Origin: a virus
DNA: 64,000 bases
IMG/VR virus record: IMGVR_UViG_3300044695_003767
Reading direction: 5' to 3' (one strand)
Both the position numbers and the translations under genes were made by a program. The notes under the pieces are model-generated. The model did no database searches. It had not been told where the DNA came from and worked only from the letters and a program-made list of their open reading frames with translations. Shown here in pieces: positions 40,134 through 47,399 of the stretch. Within the stretch, counting starts at the first letter, position 1. Every line of letters starts with the position of its first letter.

Positions 40134-41867
40134 ATGAAATCAGGAGCAAGTGAAAGTTCTTATTTTTTTCTTGAAGAATATTATAAGTTTCCAGAAAACA
40201 TTATAGTTTCTCATTTACCACAAGAACTTCAACAATCAAATAAACCAATCAAAGTATTATGGTCGCAACATTCTTACGACCAACCAGTTTATCTTAACTT
40301 TGATTTTTCAATTTGTGATTTAATTGTCTCTCCATCCAACTGGTGTAGAGAACAATTCATTAAGTATCATCATATCCCAGAGAATAAAATTGTCACAATT
40401 CCAACAGGAGTATCAAAGCAATTTACATACTCATCAAGAAAATCAAAGACATTTATCTATACTTCCATACCATATAAAGGTCTTGAGGTATTAGCACAAA
40501 TCATTCCTCATATTCCAGAGGCAACATTCAAGATTTTCTCTGCGATGAATCTTTATGATATTCAAGAAGACCCATACACAGAACTTTATGAATATCTTAA
40601 ATCACTTCCAAATGTCGTCTACTCACCAGCAGTAGACCAAGCAGAACTCATAGAGCACTTACAGGATGCTGCATTCTTTATTCATCCAAATATTTGGGAG
40701 GAAACATTCTGTGTTTCATTAGCAGAAGCAATGTCTTGTGGATGCTTTCCAATTCTTACAGATATTGGAGCACTTCCAGAAGTATCAAATGAGATTGCAA
40801 ATATTGTTCCTATGGAAGGTATAAGAACCACCAAAGGATATGAAGTCACAGACAACTTCCTAAATAACTTTATAGATGCCTGTAAATCTGCAGTATATTT
40901 CTTTGATAATGACAGGCAGTACTACGACCAAATTTCACAATCTGTTTCACATTATGCTACTGAAACTTATGATTGGAAAAAAATTGCAAACGTTTGGAAA
41001 CAAACATTAGAACCATTTAGTAAACAAACTATGACTGAAAATTGTAACCAACTGCAAATTATTTCCCCAGAGGAAGCAGTAAGTAACGAAGAGTATTTAC
41101 AACAGGCATTTCAAGAAGTGCTTCGTTGGGAAGAAGCAGACAAAGAACTGGCACAAGGAAGAACTAATTTTCAGATTGAGAAGTTCTTTCTGTTAGAGCA
41201 ATATACAGTTCCTGCAGCATTTCAGGCAGCAATTAAGAATCGTCGTATTCTTGCCGAAGGTTATATGCAGAAACTGATTGAGATGAAAGAAAAGGTTCGT
41301 GAGTTTGAGTATCGTTGGAAAGGTAAGAATACTGATGAACCCGTAGAGTGGCATACTTCTGGACCGAATGGTGGTTCCACAAAACTCTATTGGTATGATT
41401 TGGATTCAATCTCAACTCAAAACTATTTGAAGTCTTGTGAGTTGGAAATTCGTGACCGCATTCAGCAGATGAATTTCTTTGATAAGATTATTAATCGTCT
41501 GATTGAACTAAATGGTGGTAAGACAGTTACTAGAGAACAGTTTGAAGCAGAAGATCACGTTTATTGGGAACGTCGTTTTGCAGAGCAATCTCTGGATGAA
41601 ATGGTAAGTTCCAAGACTGGTATTAGTATTGGTAATCTCCACTCAATGAGAAGAGGAACTGCACCTACTCTTGTAAGTGATGATACAAATAGAATCAAGA
41701 ATGGTTATGGTTCACTTGCCGATGCAATTAATGACCCTGATAGATTCTTGAATACTCTGCAAGAGAAAGTTCTTCGTGGTATTGAAGAAGTGACGAATAC
41801 TGATTTAGGTTTGCTTGCACCTGGAACAGAACAACATCAACAACTTTTAGAATCCAGAAACTCATAA
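40134..41867 (+). CDS. GT4 (GT-B) glycosyltransferase fused to a helical/coiled-coil domain
   Basis: YTSIPYKGL, EETFCVSLAEAMSCG (EX7E); ~280-aa charged helical C-terminal domain. Confidence 0.8.
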   Translation: MKSGASESSYFFLEEYYKFPENIIVSHLPQELQQSNKPIKVLWSQHSYDQPVYLNFDFSICDLIVSPSNWCREQFIKYHHIPENKIVTIPTGVSKQFTYSSRKSKTFIYTSIPYKGLEVLAQIIPHIPEATFKIFSAMNLYDIQEDPYTELYEYLKSLPNVVYSPAVDQAELIEHLQDAAFFIHPNIWEETFCVSLAEAMSCGCFPILTDIGALPEVSNEIANIVPMEGIRTTKGYEVTDNFLNNFIDACKSAVYFFDNDRQYYDQISQSVSHYATETYDWKKIANVWKQTLEPFSKQTMTENCNQLQIISPEEAVSNEEYLQQAFQEVLRWEEADKELAQGRTNFQIEKFFLLEQYTVPAAFQAAIKNRRILAEGYMQKLIEMKEKVREFEYRWKGKNTDEPVEWHTSGPNGGSTKLYWYDLDSISTQNYLKSCELEIRDRIQQMNFFDKIINRLIELNGGKTVTREQFEAEDHVYWERRFAEQSLDEMVSSKTGISIGNLHSMRRGTAPTLVSDDTNRIKNGYGSLADAINDPDRFLNTLQEKVLRGIEEVTNTDLGLLAPGTEQHQQLLESRNS

Positions 41868-41878
41868 GGAGAAAGTAG

Positions 41879-44119
41879 ATGCCAGCAGGAGACGTATTTG
41901 GTCTTGATGGATTTTTTCTAAACGTATCAAATCCCATTACGGTTTCTGCTGTAGATATTAACTCTACTGCTGCTGGTGCCGGTATTACTGTAACTGCTGG
42001 TTCTTTTAGTTCTGGAACAGTCACTCTTACACTTTCAACTGCTGCTGGTCTTTCTACAACACCTTTTTATACTGGTGCAAAGATAGCAGTTTCTGGTCTC
42101 GCAATCGCATCAGGAGTAGCACATACTGGATATAATGGAAATTTTGTAGTCACAGGATTTGCAGGAACCACAACAGTTTCTTATGCGACTACTGGTTATG
42201 TTGGTCCTGTGACTGCTGGTATTACCACAACTGGTTTGGTAATGTTAGTGACTGATACTGCAGTTACGAATACCACTTGGAGTAGTTCTCAAACTCACGG
42301 TTGGTTCGGTGGTGGACAATCTCCATCAACAGGATTTTCAACAGTAGACCGCATAGATTTCTCCAATGATACTGGAACTGCAAATATTAGAGGTTCATTA
42401 AGTTCAGCAAGAAATGAGTTAGCAGCAACAGGAAACTCTAACTATGGTTGGTTTGGTGGTGGATATGTTCCAGTAGCATATTCAACAGTAGACCGTATAG
42501 ATTTCTCTAATGATTCTTCAACGGCATCACCTAGAGGTCCATTGAGTCGTACTAGATATCGTTTAGCAGCAACAAGTAACAGTTCTTATGGTTGGTTTGG
42601 TGGTGGTGAATTCTCACCATTTGTATTATCAACAGTAGACCGTATAGATTTCTCTAATGATTCTGGAACAGCATCAGTCAGAGGTCCATTAAGTTTTGCT
42701 GCGAATATATTAGCAGCAACAGGAAACTCTAACTATGGTTGGTTTGGTGGTGGTAATACTCCAGGAGTATTATCATCAGTAGGTCGTATAGATTATGCTA
42801 ATGATGCAGCAACAGCATCACCTAGAGGTCCATTAAGTTCAGCAAGAAGAGATTTAGCAGCAACAAGTAACAGTTCTTATGGTTGGTTTGGTGGTGGTTT
42901 TCCTGGTCCAGGAGTATTATCAAGAGTAGACCGTATAGATTTTTCTAATGATTCTTCAACGGCATCAGTAAGAGGTTCATTAAGTTCAGCAAGAAATCTT
43001 TTAGCAGCAACAGGAAACTCTAATTATGGTTGGTTTGGTGGTGGTACTGGTGGTTCTGGTGCAATATCAAGAGTAGACCGCATAGATTTTTCTAATGATT
43101 CCACAACAACATCACCAAGAGGTCCATTAAGTTCATCAAGATATCGTTTAGCAGCAACATCAGGGCAGGCAAGGTCTTCAAGTATTCGTCTACAAAAAGC
43201 AGGGAATTATGGTTGGTTTGGTGGTGGAAGTTCTGGGGGAGCACCATTTACTGGATACTCAACAGTAGATCGTATAGATTTCTCAAATGATTCCTCAACA
43301 GCATCACCAAGAGGTTCATTGATTGCAACAAAATATATAAAAGCAGCAACAGGAAACTCTAACTATGGTTGGTTTGGTGGACAATTCATCACTCCTACAC
43401 CAGGAAGAGCATCAACAGTAGACCGTATAAATTTCTCCAATGATTCTGCAACACCACTAATTAGAGGTTCATTGAGTTCAGCAAAAAATAATGTAGCAGC
43501 AACAGGAAATTATAATTATGGGTGGTTTGGTGGTGGATATCCGGGATCTGTTGGAACAGCAGCAGTAGACCGTATAAATTTTTCTAATGATGAATTAACA
43601 GCATCATCAAGAGGACCATTGAGTTCAGCAAAATATAATTCTGCAGCAACAGGAAATTATAATTATGGGTGGTTTTCTGGTGGAACTATTCAACCATCAC
43701 CTGCACTTCCACCGGTTAATTTATCATCAACAGACCGTATAGATTTCTCTAATGATTCTGCAACAGCATCACCAAGAGGTCTATTAAGTTTAGCAAGAGG
43801 AGGTTTAGCAGCAACAGGAAACTCTAACTATGGTTGGTTTGGTGGTGGTAGTGGACCAATATCAACAGTAGACCGTATAGATTTTTCAAATGATTCTGCA
43901 ACAGCAACTGTTAGAGGTCCATTAAATGGAGTAAGATCTCTTCTAGCAGCAACAGGAAACTCTAACTATGGATGGTTTGGTGGTGGTATTTCTCCTGGAG
44001 GAACATCAACAGTGCATCGATTAGATTTCTCTAACGATTCTGTATCAGCATCACCAAGGGGTCTATTAAGTCAGGCAAGATCATTATTAGCAGCAACAGC
44101 CAATACACCAATAGGATAA
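41879..44119 (+). CDS. kelch-like double beta-propeller protein C (12 repeats plus N-terminal beta domain)
   Basis: ~140-aa N-terminal domain, then 2x6 repeats with an IRLQKAGN linker. Confidence 0.8.
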   Translation: MPAGDVFGLDGFFLNVSNPITVSAVDINSTAAGAGITVTAGSFSSGTVTLTLSTAAGLSTTPFYTGAKIAVSGLAIASGVAHTGYNGNFVVTGFAGTTTVSYATTGYVGPVTAGITTTGLVMLVTDTAVTNTTWSSSQTHGWFGGGQSPSTGFSTVDRIDFSNDTGTANIRGSLSSARNELAATGNSNYGWFGGGYVPVAYSTVDRIDFSNDSSTASPRGPLSRTRYRLAATSNSSYGWFGGGEFSPFVLSTVDRIDFSNDSGTASVRGPLSFAANILAATGNSNYGWFGGGNTPGVLSSVGRIDYANDAATASPRGPLSSARRDLAATSNSSYGWFGGGFPGPGVLSRVDRIDFSNDSSTASVRGSLSSARNLLAATGNSNYGWFGGGTGGSGAISRVDRIDFSNDSTTTSPRGPLSSSRYRLAATSGQARSSSIRLQKAGNYGWFGGGSSGGAPFTGYSTVDRIDFSNDSSTASPRGSLIATKYIKAATGNSNYGWFGGQFITPTPGRASTVDRINFSNDSATPLIRGSLSSAKNNVAATGNYNYGWFGGGYPGSVGTAAVDRINFSNDELTASSRGPLSSAKYNSAATGNYNYGWFSGGTIQPSPALPPVNLSSTDRIDFSNDSATASPRGLLSLARGGLAATGNSNYGWFGGGSGPISTVDRIDFSNDSATATVRGPLNGVRSLLAATGNSNYGWFGGGISPGGTSTVHRLDFSNDSVSASPRGLLSQARSLLAATANTPIG

Positions 44120-44143
44120 ATACCTCAAACTACATTATAAGCA

Positions 44144-44794
44144 ATGAATTTATTATCCAAAGTTTTGATTGCACCAAAAGTCATCAATCAGGAAGGTATT
44201 GATGCACTGGTAAATCATATGAAAACTTCAAAAACAGAAGACCTTTCAGTATTTGATCCAGACAAATCCAATCAGACACGAGGAACTGAATGGATTACAG
44301 ATAAGAAAACAAGAGATACTCAAATTGCTCCAATTGAACCTGTATTTCCACAGGTTAACGAATTGATGCATCATATTGTAAAGCAAGTTATCAATCCTTT
44401 TTATCAGTTTGAAGTTGATAGTTCAGAAGTTCCACAACTACTCTGCTATGGTGTAGGAGGACACTACCAACCTCATATTGATGGTGAAGGTATATGGACT
44501 GCACCAGATCAGACACAACTTTGGAGAAAGACAGTAGATCGTGATTTGTCTATGGTCTTATATTTGAATGATGGATTTGAAGGTGGAGATTTTGTATTTC
44601 CAGACCTTCATATTCATATTCGTCCTGAACCTGGACTTCTTGTATGTTTTCCTTCTAATAGGTATTATCGTCACGGTGTTGAACCAGTCACCAAAGGAAA
44701 CCGATATTCAATGGTAACTTGGATGACAGTCAAAGGATTTGAGAGTATGGAGACACAATGCAATAATCTCAAATCTAAATATGGGGTGTGTTGA
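44144..44794 (+). CDS. 2OG-Fe(II) oxygenase, prolyl-4-hydroxylase-like
   Basis: HYQPHID, RDLSMVLYLN..FEGG, FPS...HGVEPVTKGNRYS. Confidence 0.88.
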   Translation: MNLLSKVLIAPKVINQEGIDALVNHMKTSKTEDLSVFDPDKSNQTRGTEWITDKKTRDTQIAPIEPVFPQVNELMHHIVKQVINPFYQFEVDSSEVPQLLCYGVGGHYQPHIDGEGIWTAPDQTQLWRKTVDRDLSMVLYLNDGFEGGDFVFPDLHIHIRPEPGLLVCFPSNRYYRHGVEPVTKGNRYSMVTWMTVKGFESMETQCNNLKSKYGVC

Positions 44795-44819
44795 CAAAAA
44801 CTTTTAATTACCCTATAAT
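44791..44819 (+). promoter_or_regulatory. consensus sigma70 promoter
   Basis: TTGACA, 17 bp, TATAAT (44814-44819). Confidence 0.88.
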
Positions 44820-44824
44820 ATCCA

Positions 44825-44922
44825 AGTCTTCAACATCCTTGTAACTTTGGGAATGAAGACCCTCTCTGTGGTGGGAGAGGTGAGTTGGTGGTTACTAAGG
44901 AGGGTTTATATCCTCCTTTTTT
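44825..44922 (+). ncRNA. candidate structured sRNA or attenuator leader
   Basis: Stems gtcttca/tgaagac and cctctct/gggagagg, then terminator aaggagg/cctcctt plus T-run, directly after a consensus promoter. Confidence 0.55.
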
Positions 44923-44957
44923 TCTATTATAAATTATAATAAAAATAGATAACAATT

Positions 44958-45200
44958 ATGAATTTCACAGTATACTCAAAAGAAGATTGCCCATATTGCT
45001 ATAAAGTTAAACAAGTTCTTGAATTGACAGGAAGTAACTTTGTGGTTTATAATTTAGGGGAACATTTTACCAGAGATGAGTTTTATGCTGAGTTTGGTGA
45101 AGGATCTACCTTTCCACAGGTTATTTGTAATGACAAGAAATTAGGAGGATCAGTTGACACAATCAAATTCCTCAAGGAACAACAAATCATCAAATCCTGA
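44958..45200 (+). CDS. nrdC: glutaredoxin
   Basis: CPYC, TFPQV, LGG. Confidence 0.9.
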   Translation: MNFTVYSKEDCPYCYKVKQVLELTGSNFVVYNLGEHFTRDEFYAEFGEGSTFPQVICNDKKLGGSVDTIKFLKEQQIIKS

Positions 45201-45405
45201 CCTAAATAAAAAAGAAGACCACAGAAATCGTGGTATTGAACTCATTCTTTATGGGGGTAAAAGAAAGCAAACTCAACCATTTCACATCATTTTTGAGAAG
45301 ATAGTTTGCTTTCTAAATCGGGAAGTCACTATCTATTTCGAATTTTCCTTTAAGTCAAGGAAGAAAAAAGTAGTTTCCCGAGGTAAAAGAAATGTTAGCA
45401 GTTAG
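45154..45405 (+). CDS. hypothetical protein (start uncertain)
   Basis: 83-aa ORF filling the gap between genes; a late promoter at 45202 lies inside its 5' part. Confidence 0.5.
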   Translation: MTQSNSSRNNKSSNPDLNKKEDHRNRGIELILYGGKRKQTQPFHIIFEKIVCFLNREVTIYFEFSFKSRKKKVVSRGKRNVSS

Positions 45406-45622
45406 TTTAGTATTTGGTTCCTTTCTAACAGTATTGTTTCTTATAGTGGGAGTAATGGTAGGTTGGGTAGCAAGAGAATATATGATGAACTATCGGGAAA
45501 TTCCAAGACCTCACCCCGAAATGTTTGATAATCAGGGAAACTTGATTCCAGATGAGGTGATCGCATTTAATTTTGAGAACTATCATGACTACGACGACAC
45601 AGAAGAAGACAACGACGACTAA
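45392..45622 (+). CDS. small membrane protein
   Basis: N-terminal TM helix, HPEMFD..G motif, acidic tail. Confidence 0.75.
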   Translation: MLAVSLVFGSFLTVLFLIVGVMVGWVAREYMMNYREIPRPHPEMFDNQGNLIPDEVIAFNFENYHDYDDTEEDNDD

Positions 45623-46193
45623 AACAACTAAACCAAAGGTAGTTAAAGAAACTCCTATTGTGGAACTTCCTAACAATCCTCTTGCTTTTGAAGTCTTTGA
45701 TTTAATTTCTAAGCAAAGATCTAACCAAAAGAAGGTAGAACTGTTGCAAAAGTATAATCATGATTCAATACGGGCTCTTTTGATTTGGAACTTTGATGAA
45801 TCAGTAATTACAATGCTTCCTGATGGGCCAGTTCCTTATTCGAGTTATGGTGATCAAACTGTAAATAGTGGAACTCTTTCTAATAAACTTACGGAAGAAA
45901 TTCGAGCTATGTATGAGACTGGTTCATTCTCTTTAGGTGTATCGGATGTTCAAGGAAGAACAACAATTCGTAAAGAGTATAAACATTTTTATCATTTTAT
46001 TAAGGGCGGTAATGATGCTATAAGCTCCATTCGTCGTGAGACAATGTTTATCAATCTTTTGCAGGGACTTCACCCACTTGAAGCAGAAATTATTTGTTTC
46101 GTTAAAGATAAAAAACTTCAAGAAAAATATAAAATTAGCAAAGAAATTGTATCTGAAGCTTTTCCTCAGATTACTTGGGGAGGACGTTCGTGA
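45585..46193 (+). CDS. conserved T4-like cyanophage hypothetical protein
   Basis: LIWNFD..LPDGPVPY, RRETMFINLLQGLHPLEAE. Confidence 0.8.
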   Translation: MTTTTQKKTTTTKTTKPKVVKETPIVELPNNPLAFEVFDLISKQRSNQKKVELLQKYNHDSIRALLIWNFDESVITMLPDGPVPYSSYGDQTVNSGTLSNKLTEEIRAMYETGSFSLGVSDVQGRTTIRKEYKHFYHFIKGGNDAISSIRRETMFINLLQGLHPLEAEIICFVKDKKLQEKYKISKEIVSEAFPQITWGGRS

Positions 46194-46528
46194 ACCAAGT
46201 TATTAATAAAACTACGGAAAAGCATATGGACCATTGGACATCAGCAGAAAAGGAAACCTGTAAGTCACGATACGGTTGTGACATTTTGATTGAAAATTGT
46301 TCGTATGCTGATGTCTGTACTAAAGAAGCACCGAATGATGCACATATCATTAAATATATGGTCGATGATAAACTTTGCTTTGATTTAACAAGGGGAACTA
46401 AAATTCGTTTATTCGATATGTATTGGGATAAGTTTCGTGAAAATTTAAAGTCAATTGATTGGGGATACGGCAAATACAATCCAAAGACCTGGGGTTACCA
46501 GGCACCTAAAACCAAAAAGCGGAAGTGA
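46190..46528 (+). CDS. hypothetical protein
   Basis: GTGA overlap; LFDMYWDK...GYGKYNPKTWG. Confidence 0.7.
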   Translation: MNQVINKTTEKHMDHWTSAEKETCKSRYGCDILIENCSYADVCTKEAPNDAHIIKYMVDDKLCFDLTRGTKIRLFDMYWDKFRENLKSIDWGYGKYNPKTWGYQAPKTKKRK

Positions 46529-46588
46529 TTCCCCAGATCGGGGGAAAAAATCCCGGCAAAATTTTTGTCTATTAAGATTTTATAAAAT

Positions 46589-46604
46589 TGTAACATTTTA
46601 TACA
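46589..46604. promoter_or_regulatory. NtcA-type binding site
   Basis: TGTA-ACATTTTA-TACA matches the extended GTA-N8-TAC; upstream of TTGCTA(46613)...TATAAT(46637-46642). Confidence 0.65.
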
Positions 46605-46648
46605 ATCAATTGTTGCTAAATATCCCCGAAAGGGAGTATAATACTCTC

Positions 46649-46866
46649 ATCGTTCATCTGGAAATCCAGACGGAAGTAAGACAACTCGGAACGGGTCGTT
46701 CATCTATGGAGACACTCATTCTTACATGCCTACAAGCACAATTGATTGCTGGGAGAGTTAATAAACAAGACATTCCCAGACAATATAAGAATGATTTGAT
46801 ATGGGAGATTAAACAAATTTCTCCAAAAGAGTGTAAAATAGACGCAAAAGTTGACTGAAGGAACGC
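46649..46866 (+). ncRNA. tandem glutamine-riboswitch-like (glnA-motif-like) aptamers
   Basis: Unit 1: cgttc-a-tctgga/tccaga-cggaagtaag...ggaacg (46651-46693). Unit 2: cgttc-a-tctat...ataga-cgcaaaag...gaaggaacg (46697-46865). Confidence 0.7.
46706..46858 (+). CDS. 50-aa ORF nested in the second aptamer
   Basis: METLILTCLQAQLIAGRV...KQISPKECKIDAKVD*. Confidence 0.55.
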   Translation: METLILTCLQAQLIAGRVNKQDIPRQYKNDLIWEIKQISPKECKIDAKVD

Positions 46867-46897
46867 TACCTAACCTAACAGTAAAGGAGCAAACCTA

Positions 46898-47029
46898 ATG
46901 ACAACAGCAACCTATCGTGGTGTTAAATACAACGTAGAAGATCGTAAGATCAATGTTCTTCAATTGATTAAAGAACAAATTGAAAAAGAACAACGTCGTA
47001 AAGAAGCACAATTAGCAGCAATTAAATAA
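46898..47029 (+). CDS. small YRG-motif protein (DUF4278 / downstream-peptide type)
   Basis: MTTATYRGVKYNVEDR...; AAGGAG SD; absent from the ORF track. Confidence 0.8.
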   Translation: MTTATYRGVKYNVEDRKINVLQLIKEQIEKEQRRKEAQLAAIK

Positions 47030-47033
47030 TATG

Positions 47034-47070
47034 AAGGAGGGTTGATTCCCTCCTTTTTTTATGCTAAAAT
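47034..47070 (+). terminator. terminator fused with a sigma70 promoter
   Basis: aaggaggg-ttgatt-ccctcctt plus T-run; TTGATT (47042) in the loop, 17 bp before TGnTAAAAT (47065-47070). Confidence 0.8.
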
Positions 47071-47091
47071 GTCTTGAGAGAATGGTATCTT

Positions 47092-47247
47092 ATGGACACA
47101 GATAAACTAAAACTTATTGTCCGTAATTTAGAACTCTTAGTTGATTCTCTAAAAGCAGAAATATATTCTGATGTTAGGGCATATAATTTTGATGATATCA
47201 AACCAAAGGAGTTAGATTACGACGAAATTTTTGAGGATTCTGAATGA
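47092..47247 (+). CDS. small hypothetical protein (51 aa)
   Basis: MDTDKLKLIVRNLELLVDSLKAEIYSD...DYDEIFEDSE*. Confidence 0.75.
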   Translation: MDTDKLKLIVRNLELLVDSLKAEIYSDVRAYNFDDIKPKELDYDEIFEDSE

Positions 47248-47399
47248 GAAGTAAAAAAGTAATTCAATTAATTAAAGAAGCACTAAAGCAAGACTATTTG
47301 TATTCTAGTGAAGAACTTCATTTTATGAGAGAACAACTTTCTATGCTACAATTAGAAAAGCAAAATTTAAAAGAATATCGAGGATTTGGAAAGAAATGA
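47244..47399 (+). CDS. small hypothetical protein (51 aa)
   Basis: MRSKKVIQLIKEALKQDYLYSSEEL...RGFGKK*; ATGA overlaps on both sides. Confidence 0.7.
   Translation: MRSKKVIQLIKEALKQDYLYSSEELHFMREQLSMLQLEKQNLKEYRGFGKK

Larger units (their letters stand above)
34984..44100 (+). repeat. 36 dispersed ~135-165 bp coding repeats with near-invariant cores
   Basis: The 45-mer ttagcagcaacaggaaactctaactatggttggtttggtggtggt is identical at 36169, 38610 and 42710 (one in each gene). Confidence 0.9.

Noticed and set aside
34984-44100. CRISPR-like pattern of constant repeat plus variable spacer
   Set aside because: Repeats are in frame within three long ORFs, unit lengths are multiples of three, and there is no leader or cas gene
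34909-44119. Diversity-generating retroelement
   Set aside because: No reverse transcriptase in the window; variation includes indels and is not adenine-specific; no TR/VR pair seen
44852-44938. 28-aa ORF MKTLSVVGEV... inside the candidate sRNA
   Set aside because: Runs through the terminator and has no clear SD; the RNA structure explains the sequence better
46529-46566. ttcccc/gggggaa and caaaatttttg palindromic patch
   Set aside because: Short and imperfect; no function can be supported from sequence alone
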